IMG/VR virus record: IMGVR_UViG_3300025645_000098
Span: 1-53,681 of that record
Origin: a virus
Taxonomy: Duplodnaviria; Caudoviricetes
Strand: one strand, 5' to 3'
Length of the DNA: 53,681 nt
Shown piece by piece: positions 17,737-24,897 of this stretch; the stretch's first letter is position 1; every line of letters starts with the position of its first letter. The position numbers and the translations under genes were made by a program. The notes under the pieces are model-generated. The model was not told the DNA's origin and ran no database searches. It saw nothing but the letters and a program-made list of their open reading frames with translations.

Positions 17737-19401
17737 ATGAAAAAAGTTATTATTACGATGTTTTTGTTGTGCACATCATTAATCTTCGCACAACTACCAG
17801 ATGGTTACGTTTCTGAACAATTAATTGACACTTATAACAGTCCAATGGACGTTGAATTTATTACTGGTAGACCTGATATGATGGTTATAGCTGAAAGAGC
17901 TGGTAAAATTTGGATAGCTGATTTAGTAAATGATAATTGGGTCAAGAGAGATAACCCAGTAATAGATATTACAAATCAAGTAACTACTTATTTTGAAAGA
18001 GGTATACAAAGTATCATTGTTGACAGACATTTTATTTATGTTTATTATACCGTTGAAGAGACTTATTTACTCCCAGGGTTAAATGAAGATGTAAATGATG
18101 ATTCAGCAACAATAAATAGGGTGTCTAGATGGGAAATATCATGGCCACAAAATATTGAGTTTGGTGAAGAAATATTAATTGGTAAAACACCATCTGATGG
18201 GATTCCATCTACAGCTGGAAATCATCAAGGTGGTGGTATGGCTTGGGGTGAGAATAACATGTTATTCGTTTCAACTGGCGATGGTGGAAGTGGTATTTTT
18301 AATCAACAAGCCATTGATAGAGGAATTATGAGAGCTGAATTAAATGTAAATGGGGGTAGTAAAAGTCAAATTATTAATTGTCTTAATGGAAAATTATTAA
18401 GAATTAATCCATGGAATGGTGATGGTGCTAACGGAAATCCATTTTATGATTCTAATAATAGACGAACACCAGAATCTAGGGTTTATGCTTTAGGGTTTAG
18501 AAATCCTTTTGATATAGTAGGTAAACCATATATGGGGGTTAATAATCAACCAACAACAATATACGTTGCTGATGTGGGTGAGGGTAATAAAGAAGAAGTT
18601 ACCCTAATAGATAAAGCTGGTTTAAATGCTGGGTGGGGGTTACGTGAAGGATTTAGTACTAGGACTTTATCTGGTAATAATCCAGATGAAGGCGTACCTT
18701 ATTCTGACCTTATGAGTGAAGCAACTTCATTTGTTGAAGTGTCTGACGATACACAAAGACGATTTACACATCATCCACCTGAATTAGATTATGGGCATAG
18801 TGGAAACCCATTAACTAGATTACCTAGATTTACTGATGGGGTATTAGACCCAATAATTGATGTAAACGCCATTGAAGGAAATTCAATTACTGGTGGTGCT
18901 TATATATCTGGTGATGGTTTTGGTGAAAATTATAACGGTGCTTATATATTTAGTGATTATTCTAGAGGTTGGTTGAATATTGGAATACCTTATGTAGACC
19001 AAAGTAATGATAGATATTTTGATTATATAGAAGAATTTGCACCAATTAATTCTTATCCAGTTACAATAGATATTACTCAAAACCCAATTGATGGGTCAAT
19101 ATATATAGTAACATTATTTGGAGATATTCATAGAATTTCTTTAAGTGAAACATTATCAATTCAAACTCCATCATTAAATGATGAAATTAAAATTATTTAT
19201 GATAATAATACTAATCTTAATTCTATTGTTGGTATTAATAATATGGCAACACTAAAAATATATGATTCATTAGGTAGATTTATATCTGAAGATACAATCT
19301 ATGATTACCATATTATTGATTATAAATTACAGAGTGGTATTTATATTGCTCATATTATAAATGATAGTAATATATTGGTAAAAAAATTCATTATTAAATA
19401 A
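17737..19401 (+). CDS. PQQ-dependent sugar (glucose/sorbosone) dehydrogenase-like protein with T9SS C-terminal domain
   Basis: Signal peptide; HQGGGMAWG, STGDGG, GKLLRINP, YALGFRNP, ADVG; C-terminus KIYDSLGR...SGIYI...KKFIIK. Confidence 0.88.
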   Translation: MKKVIITMFLLCTSLIFAQLPDGYVSEQLIDTYNSPMDVEFITGRPDMMVIAERAGKIWIADLVNDNWVKRDNPVIDITNQVTTYFERGIQSIIVDRHFIYVYYTVEETYLLPGLNEDVNDDSATINRVSRWEISWPQNIEFGEEILIGKTPSDGIPSTAGNHQGGGMAWGENNMLFVSTGDGGSGIFNQQAIDRGIMRAELNVNGGSKSQIINCLNGKLLRINPWNGDGANGNPFYDSNNRRTPESRVYALGFRNPFDIVGKPYMGVNNQPTTIYVADVGEGNKEEVTLIDKAGLNAGWGLREGFSTRTLSGNNPDEGVPYSDLMSEATSFVEVSDDTQRRFTHHPPELDYGHSGNPLTRLPRFTDGVLDPIIDVNAIEGNSITGGAYISGDGFGENYNGAYIFSDYSRGWLNIGIPYVDQSNDRYFDYIEEFAPINSYPVTIDITQNPIDGSIYIVTLFGDIHRISLSETLSIQTPSLNDEIKIIYDNNTNLNSIVGINNMATLKIYDSLGRFISEDTIYDYHIIDYKLQSGIYIAHIINDSNILVKKFIIK

Positions 19402-19448
19402 TTGATTTACAATAGTTTAATATTTTTTTAAAAAAAAAACTATAAAAA

Positions 19449-19649
19449 ACTTGTTTTATTAGATATAATAACATATATTTGTAGTGTAATAAAAAAGTTG
19501 ATATTTTGATACGCAATTTGCGCTAAGAGGGAATCACTACCAAAATAAAAACTTTTTAAAAAAAAATGTAAAAAAAACTTGTTTATTAAAAAATAAGTTG
19601 TATATTTGCAGAGTAGTTTAAAAGCTACCAAACGTTCTTAAAAATATTG
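19449..19649 (+). promoter_or_regulatory. Tandem Bacteroidetes-type promoters plus boxA-like element
   Basis: ACTTG...TATATTTG at 19474 and 19601; GTTCTTAAAAATATTG at 19634. Confidence 0.65.
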
Positions 19650-19657
19650 AAAATAAT

Positions 19658-20472
19658 GGGGTGCTTATGCTCCTGTCTCTTCGGAGACTAAGATAAATCC
19701 AGCAATGGTATTTAAAGTGATGTCTATACAAGGCATTGCGTTATTGAGACTTCGGTTTTAGTAATCTATGTAAGCATATTGACTACGGGAAAGCATCAAG
19801 GGTCGACTGACTTAGATGACAAACCCACTTCCTAGCTTCGGGAAGTTGAGATAGAAATATCAATAGATGGTTAATAGATTTTGGTTGAAACGTGTAAAAA
19901 GCGGATAGGCTGATTTCATCATAATTTGTTATGGAATGTTCAATGTGACACTTCTTTAAGCTCTACTGGAAACAGTACCTTAAAAAGTTAACTGAGGTAA
20001 ATCTAAGTAATGAAGAAATGACGTGACTGTAAAAAGTTACAACGGGGTGTTGTAAGCTACACTGGTCCAAAGCCAGCACGCTTGTCAATCGCAAGACGCA
20101 TCCTGTAAGAGAGAGCATCGCTATTCTATGGTTGGTTAATAGCCAACGTTTTTAATGTAATAAAAATCAGAAAAGTAAAAGTTCTTGCGACCATGGATAC
20201 AAAATTAAGTTATGCTGCTGTAATATGTAGCTAGTGAAAGCTCACAAGGCTGAAACTAAAACGAAAAATAGGTATCGTTAGTAAGAGGGTAGTGCCTTTT
20301 CATCCTCACAAGGGAGCTAGGTAGTGAAATTGGTTTATATCAGTTCATGGTAAAAGAGTTCGCAGTCACTATAAGACTGTCTTAATAATGTCTACCAGAA
20401 CGAAAGTCGAGGTGTGTGCGCTAGGGAAACCAGATGTAAAATGATATTAATAACGCCCAACACTCAAGCGTT
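19658..20472 (+). ncRNA. Large structured RNA, ~815 nt, GOLLD-like candidate
   Basis: ORF-free and less AT-rich; many UUCG/GNRA-capped hairpins (GTCTC-TTCG-GAGAC, GATA-GAAA-TATC, TACTG-GAAA-CAGTA); next to tRNA-like elements. Confidence 0.65.
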
Positions 20473-20476
20473 AAAC

Positions 20477-20544
20477 GGGGATATCGACTAACTTGAAGTC
20501 GCTGCTTTTGAAGTAGAAATGTAGTATCGAATCTACTATCCCCA
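20477..20544 (+). ncRNA. Short tRNA-like element
   Basis: GGGGATA/TATCCCC-A acceptor, D-like arm, CTGCT/AGTAG stem with 5-nt loop, altered T arm. Confidence 0.5.
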
Positions 20545-20648
20545 CTAAAATTTCATTATAAAATACCTATAACGTATGGTATTAAAGAATGTAACTGAAT
20601 ACAAGATTCGTAATCTACTTTTATATTCAAAATAATGATTTTTAAAAA

Positions 20649-20728
20649 GGGGATGTAGTCGGACCTGTTGTGAAGGCAGTGATTCCGTAATCGTACTGAA
20701 AATGCAACTGTGAGTGTTGCCATTTCCA
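20649..20728 (+). ncRNA. Novel tRNA-like RNA, copy 1
   Basis: GGGGATG/CATTTCC-A acceptor; GCAAC-TGTGAGT-GTTGC arm; covaries with copies 2 and 3. Confidence 0.75.
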
Positions 20729-20853
20729 CTAGAGGTTCTCATTTATCCAAAAATGTGTGGTGGAGCTACAAATGCCCAATGACCCAACCTTGAGTTGGTT
20801 GTTACGACAAGGAGCGTAATGTAAAACACTAGAGATTAGTCACTCTGGCGAAA

Positions 20854-20930
20854 GGGGATGTAGCCAGACCAGCATTGAGCTGGTATCTGTAATCATGCTG
20901 AAAATGCTACTGTAAGTGTAGCCATCTCCA
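20854..20930 (+). ncRNA. Novel tRNA-like RNA, copy 2
   Basis: GGGGATG/CATCTCC-A acceptor; GCTAC-TGTAAGT-GTAGC arm. Confidence 0.75.
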
Positions 20931-21023
20931 CTAAAAATATTCATAGTTTAGTTACTATGTTAATTACCTAACCCAGTGAAATGCTGGTTTATCAAATAAA
21001 TGCAGAGGGTAAATATTTTAATC

Positions 21024-21102
21024 GGGGGTATAACCAGACCAGTCATGCGACTGTGATTCTGTAACCAAGTTGAAAATGTTATTGTAAATGTAACTACCCC
21101 CA
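21024..21102 (+). ncRNA. Novel tRNA-like RNA, copy 3
   Basis: GGGGGTA/TACCCCC-A acceptor; GTTAT-TGTAAAT-GTAAC arm. Confidence 0.75.
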
Positions 21103-21194
21103 CTAAAAATATTGAGTTTAATTTTGCGGTTCAGTTCTCAATTTAAAAAAAACTAGGTGGGGTGTTAAAACCCCATCGTAAACGCCCAAAAAAA

Positions 21195-21383
21195 ATGAAT
21201 GATTATCAATTAGTAAATGAAAATATTTCAATAACAAGAAATTGGAATTTAAACGATTGGAGAGATTTCAGAAGTAGATATGAGTATTGGGAAACCAAAG
21301 ATAGGCTCATGAAACAAAAACAATATTTTGCCTTTAAGAAGTTCAAAAACAACGCTTTAAAGGCTTATATTAGAAGAAAATAA
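21195..21383 (+). CDS. Small hypothetical protein
   Basis: ORF MNDYQLVNE... with A-rich Bacteroidetes-type initiation region. Confidence 0.5.
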   Translation: MNDYQLVNENISITRNWNLNDWRDFRSRYEYWETKDRLMKQKQYFAFKKFKNNALKAYIRRK

Positions 21384-21474
21384 AAAAAAGATTAAAAAAA
21401 CATTGTATTTTAAGATACTTTTATGTATCTTTGAACTATATATTAATAACAGCGAAAGCTAACAATTAGAAATT

Positions 21475-21576
21475 ATGACAATTACAACGACATATACGAA
21501 ACAGTATCAACCGACAGGCGGGAAGCCTCAAGGTAAACTGGGTATGCGTTGTAACGAAGACCAAGAATTATGGTAA
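21475..21576 (+). CDS. Putative attenuator leader peptide (33 aa)
   Basis: MTITTTYTKQYQPTGGKPQGKLGMRCNEDQELW, between promoter TATCTTTG (21426) and a terminator. Confidence 0.65.
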   Translation: MTITTTYTKQYQPTGGKPQGKLGMRCNEDQELW

Positions 21577-21603
21577 TATAATTCTAGTCGATAGACAATA
21601 TAC

Positions 21604-21642
21604 AAAAACCCAGTTGATAAAACAATTTCAACTGGGTTTTTT
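21604..21642 (+). terminator. Intrinsic terminator (attenuator) before the tRNA array
   Basis: AAAAACCCAGTTGA/TCAACTGGGTTTTTT hairpin with T tract. Confidence 0.85.
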
Positions 21643-21674
21643 GCGTTTAATAGTTTCCAAATCTATAAAATTGG

Positions 21675-21690
21675 GTTCTTTGAAATATTG
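21675..21690 (+). promoter_or_regulatory. boxA-like antitermination element
   Basis: GTTCTTTGAAATATTG immediately before the first tRNA; resembles rrn boxA. Confidence 0.55.
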
Positions 21691-21699
21691 TATTTTTAT

Positions 21700-21771
21700 C
21701 GGGAATGTGTTGTAAAGGTTGCATACCGCTTTTGGAAAGCGGAGGTCAGAGTTCGAATCTCTCATTCCCGA
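21700..21771 (+). tRNA. tRNA-Pro(TGG)
   Basis: CGGGAAT/ATTCCCG acceptor; CCGCT-TTTGGAA-AGCGG. Confidence 0.88.
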
Positions 21772-21887
21772 AATAATCGAGTTAATCTACTTCCACGTAG
21801 TGATTATTGGAAACAGGTAATGCTGGCTAAAAGATTAACAAAAAAATTCCATTATCATAATTTAGATATTGAAGAAATGAAAACTAA

Positions 21888-21970
21888 CGGGAAGTGACCA
21901 AGGTAAAATGAAAAAAGGCTACGGGGCCTTGGATGCCTCAGTATGGTCGGTTCGATTCCGACCTTCCCGA
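21888..21970 (+). tRNA. tRNA-Pro(TGG), aberrant D arm
   Basis: CGGGAAG/CTTCCCG acceptor; GGGGC-CTTGGAT-GCCTC; expanded A-rich D region. Confidence 0.65.
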
Positions 21971-22030
21971 CGACCAGACTGTTATTAATTCATAGAAGGA
22001 GAAACGTATCCTAGCATAGAATTAAATTAT

Positions 22031-22103
22031 TGGGATGTGGTGTAATGGTAACACAGCTGGTTTTGAGCCAGCACGAGTGAGGGTTCGAATCCGTCCATCC
22101 CAT
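22031..22103 (+). tRNA. tRNA-Gln(TTG)
   Basis: TGGGATG/CATCCCA acceptor; GCTGG-TTTTGAG-CCAGC. Confidence 0.85.
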
Positions 22104-22171
22104 CAATAGTGTTCATTTTAAATGAGTGTTCAGTGACAATGAACAGAGCAAAATAATGAACATTCAAAAAT

Positions 22172-22253
22172 GGGGTACCGCCAACGTTGGAGAGTTGGAC
22201 CAGTCTGTAAAACTGGTGCGTAAGCTGAGTAGGTTCGAATCCTATGTGCCCCA
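22172..22253 (+). tRNA. tRNA-Tyr(GTA)
   Basis: GGGGTAC/GTGCCCC acceptor; CCAGT-CTGTAAA-ACTGG; variable arm. Confidence 0.9.
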
Positions 22254-22392
22254 CAAAAAGAGGATATTATTTGGTGAGTAACTTATTGAACCAGTTGTAC
22301 TGATATAAGTGAAGTGACAAGTAAGAAGATTGGATATGCCAATTGTACAACAACGCCTGACTTTAGCGAGTTTGGTAATCTTCCTCTTTAAA

Positions 22393-22501
22393 TGGCTGTA
22401 GTGAATAGGTCACCTTTCAATCATATTAATTTAGTTGAATGAGAATGGATATGTGAGCGTTACATCATATCGTCGGTTGGGTTCGAATCCCTTCGCAGCC
22501 G
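22393..22501 (+). ncRNA. Degenerate tRNA-like element with long core
   Basis: GGCTG/CAGCC closing helix and GGG-TTCGAAT-CCC T arm. Confidence 0.4.
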
Positions 22502-22664
22502 CTAAAATTTGAATTATGAAAATGATAGAATTAAAACATTCAGGTGAGATATCACCAGAAGCAAAAGAAAAATTAAACAAGAGGATTTTCAACCGTAATA
22601 AACGTTTGAAAGAAATGAAAGAAGCGTATTTGAATGGTGAATATGATGAAATGTTTAATAAAAT

Positions 22665-22737
22665 ACCCTCGTAGCAAACTGGTCGTAGGCAACTCCCTTT
22701 TAAGGAGTGGGGCTGGGTTCGACTCCCAGCGGGGGTA
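22665..22737 (+). tRNA. tRNA-Lys(TTT)
   Basis: ACCCTCG/CGGGGGT acceptor; ACTCC-CTTTTAA-GGAGT. Confidence 0.9.
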
Positions 22738-22792
22738 CTGGAAGTAGATGTCTTTATTAATTTAGCATCTAGGAAGAATAGAAATTAAATTT

Positions 22793-22866
22793 GCTCTGTA
22801 CGCATAAAAGGTGGTGCACTAGATTTGTAACCTAGAATAGAATCGGTTCGATACCGATACAGAGCT
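22793..22866 (+). tRNA. tRNA-Thr(TGT)
   Basis: GCTCTGT/ACAGAGC acceptor; CTAGA-TTTGTAA-CCTAG. Confidence 0.85.
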
Positions 22867-22931
22867 CAGAATGTGGAAAAACATCGCTCCCGTAATGCCA
22901 CGGCTCATGCATGAGTAACGGGAGACAAATT

Positions 22932-23021
22932 GGGTATGTATGCAAATTGGCTGAAGCGAGCAGACTGTAAATCTGTAGGTGTTGAAAGACCCCATTGGGA
23001 GTTCGAATCTCTCCATGCCCA
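22932..23021 (+). tRNA. tRNA-Tyr(GTA)
   Basis: GGGTATG/CATGCCC acceptor; GCAGA-CTGTAAA-TCTGT; long variable arm. Confidence 0.88.
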
Positions 23022-23195
23022 CTATACATGTAGAAAGCAATTATTAATGTCTAGCTTCAGCTTCGTGGAGAGGTCAGGCTACAATCTGGTGATAAGATTA
23101 ATTACCTTAAGGCAGATACGTTAGGAATTGTGAAATATTGGCCTATGGTGTAACTGGTTAACATATCGGCCTTTGACTCCGATGTGGTTATTTAT

Positions 23196-23269
23196 TGGGG
23201 TATCGTCTAGCGGTCTAAGACGCTTGGTTTTGAACCAAGAAAGCGTGAGTTCGAATCTCTCTACCCTAA
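23196..23269 (+). tRNA. tRNA-Gln(TTG), nested inside the split tRNA
   Basis: TGGGGTA/TACCCTA acceptor; CTTGG-TTTTGAA-CCAAG. Confidence 0.85.
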
Positions 23270-23325
23270 CTTTGAATTTTTATTGAACTTCAAAGAGTTT
23301 TTAGATATTTATAATAAAAGATATC

Positions 23326-23733
23326 ATGAAAAAAATTTGTACTAAATGTAAAGTAGAAAAAAACACTACTGAGTTCAATAAAAAAAATAGAAATAAAGAT
23401 GGTTTATCTTCACAATGTCGTGAATGTAATAAATTAAATTTAAAAGCTCATTATAATAATAATAAAAAGTATTATAAAGAAAGGAATATTAATAAACGTA
23501 ATGAGTTAAAAGAATGGTTTTTAGAATATAAAAAGACATTGAAGTGTAGTGTTTGTTCAGAATCTAGATATTGGGTTTTAGACTTTCATCATAGAGACCC
23601 TAATAAAAAAGAGGGGGCGATAAGTTATCTATTAGGTAGATATGGTAAAAATAAAGCCTTAAAAGAAATTGAGAAATGTGATGTAGTATGCGCTAATTGT
23701 CATAGAGATATACACCATAAAATGGAAAATTAG
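23326..23733 (+). CDS. HNH endonuclease
   Basis: CTKC, CREC, CSVC, VLDFHHRDP, EIEKCDVVCANCHRDIH. Confidence 0.9.
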   Translation: MKKICTKCKVEKNTTEFNKKNRNKDGLSSQCRECNKLNLKAHYNNNKKYYKERNINKRNELKEWFLEYKKTLKCSVCSESRYWVLDFHHRDPNKKEGAISYLLGRYGKNKALKEIEKCDVVCANCHRDIHHKMEN

Positions 23734-23803
23734 TGTGGGTTCGAGTCCCACTGGGCCATCAAAGAGGGAGGTGACACCAGACATCTTTAATAAATTGGTA
23801 TAA

Positions 23804-23892
23804 CCGAGAGTATCCGTAGCTAGGCGAACGGTCCAGCCTTTTAAGCTGATGAGTTAATGACTCCACCGTGGGTTCGATTCCCACCTCTCGGA
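23804..23892 (+). tRNA. tRNA with TTT (Lys) anticodon and long variable arm
   Basis: CCGAGAG/CTCTCGG-A acceptor; CAGC-CTTTTAA-GCTG; variable arm GAGTT-AAT-GACTC. Confidence 0.7.
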
Positions 23893-23901
23893 CAAATAAA
23901 A

Positions 23902-23986
23902 TCTCGTATAGGTGTAATGGAACATACTAGTTAAGCACGGTAGCTATAGGGTTACAGGAGGGGGGTTCGAATCCTTCATAGGAGAC
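23902..23986 (+). ncRNA. Degenerate tRNA-like element
   Basis: D-like arm GTGTAATGGAACAT and GGTTCGAATCC T arm; no canonical anticodon arm. Confidence 0.4.
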
Positions 23987-23990
23987 AAAT

Positions 23991-24076
23991 GCGGTGATAG
24001 TGTCAATTTGGAAAGTTCTAGAATAACACGCAGCCTTTCCACGGCTGAGATATAGGTTCGAGTCCTATTCACCGCT
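23991..24076 (+). tRNA. tRNA-Gly(TCC), enlarged D loop
   Basis: GCGGTGA/TCACCGC acceptor; CAGCC-TTTCCAC-GGCTG. Confidence 0.8.
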
Positions 24077-24091
24077 CTAAAATTTAATAAA

Positions 24092-24289
24092 ATGGATGAT
24101 TCAATGCAAATGGAATTATATCAATTCCTAATGAGAAACTTATCTATATCAGTTGATATGGGTACGGAATATGAAACTTATGGTGAGTATGCTACATGCA
24201 ACGTTACTTTAAGTTTAAGAAACCCAGAAACTGGTGAAATGGAAGTGATTGGAAACGCTTACGATTCAGTTTCAATAAATAGAGATTAA
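24092..24289 (+). CDS. Small hypothetical protein
   Basis: ORF between tRNA genes. Confidence 0.6.
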   Translation: MDDSMQMELYQFLMRNLSISVDMGTEYETYGEYATCNVTLSLRNPETGEMEVIGNAYDSVSINRD

Positions 24290-24308
24290 TTACCGTTAAT
24301 TACCAGAT

Positions 24309-24382
24309 GCACCTGTAGTTTAATAGGTTTAAAATTCTTCTGTGGTATGGAAGAGACCCCAGTTCGATTCTGGGTGGGTGCT
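24309..24382 (+). tRNA. tRNA-Thr(GGT)
   Basis: GCACCTG/TGGGTGC acceptor; CTTCT-GTGGTAT-GGAAG. Confidence 0.7.
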
Positions 24383-24458
24383 CAATGAGGAAAAAACAAA
24401 CCCAGCTTGAAGTACATAAGATACATTGGTTGAGAGCTGACTCAACCTTTCCTCAAAC

Positions 24459-24532
24459 GCAGATGACGCATAAGTGGTGGTGCGCCAGCCTTCCAAGCTG
24501 GAATAGACTCGGTTCGATTCCGAGTATCTGCA
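24459..24532 (+). tRNA. tRNA-Gly(TCC)
   Basis: GCAGATG/TATCTGC acceptor; CCAGC-CTTCCAA-GCTGG. Confidence 0.9.
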
Positions 24533-24543
24533 CTTTAGAATAA

Positions 24544-24626
24544 GCGGGTATCGTATAACGGTAGCGAAAGCGATATTATATTGGTCTTCCAAATCAAAGA
24601 TGAGGGTTCGATTCCCTCTACCCGCC
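24544..24626 (+). tRNA. tRNA-Gly(TCC), hairpin inserted in D loop
   Basis: GCGGGTA/TACCCGC acceptor; TTGGT-CTTCCAA-ATCAA; GC-GAAA-GC inside the D loop. Confidence 0.8.
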
Positions 24627-24665
24627 AATTTTAAAAATAGAATATTAATTTAAAAATACAATATT

Positions 24666-24824
24666 ATGTGCTGTGATGCAAGTGATTATTCCGAAAATGA
24701 AATAGATGGAGAATGTCTCGATTGTGGTGGTCCAACAGTAGATGGAGATGCTTATGATTGTTGTGGTTATTCACCATTAGATTGTGAAACATGTGGTTCC
24801 AGACCATGTGACCTAAGTTGTTAA
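24666..24824 (+). CDS. Small Cys-rich protein (52 aa, 10 Cys)
   Basis: MCCDASDYSENEIDGECLDCGGPTVDGDAYDCCGYSPLDCETCGSRPCDLSC; below ORF-track cutoff. Confidence 0.7.
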   Translation: MCCDASDYSENEIDGECLDCGGPTVDGDAYDCCGYSPLDCETCGSRPCDLSC

Positions 24825-24830
24825 AAAATT

Positions 24831-24864
24831 AACCCTATCATTTATTTGGTGGGGTTATTTTTTT
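24831..24864 (+). repeat. 34-nt direct repeat (terminator/promoter unit), copy 1
   Basis: AACCCTATCATTTATTTGGTGGGGTTATTTTTTT, identical at 28503-28536. Confidence 0.85.
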
Positions 24865-24897
24865 TTAGTATCTTTGTATAAATATTAAATATAATAT

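Larger units (their letters stand above)
23139..23759 (+). pseudogene. tRNA-Gln(TTG) split by a ~550-bp insertion
   Basis: 5-prime part 23139-~23184 (TGGCCTA, D arm, loop CTTTGAC); 3-prime part 23735-23759 (GTGGG-TTCGAGT-CCCAC, TGGGCCA); acceptor strands pair. Confidence 0.8.

Noticed and set aside
19658-20472. Possible rRNA fragment or group I/II intron
   Set aside because: No universal rRNA motifs, no recognisable intron core and no interrupted host gene
23804-23892. Ochre suppressor (TTA) reading of the anticodon and stop-codon reassignment
   Set aside because: The 7-nt loop CTTTTAA places TTT at 34-36, and genes read intact under the standard bacterial code
21688-24628. ORFs overlapping the tRNA array (21688+, 22027-, 22819-, 22832-, 22930+, 24329-)
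   Set aside because: They are translations of tRNA genes or their complements
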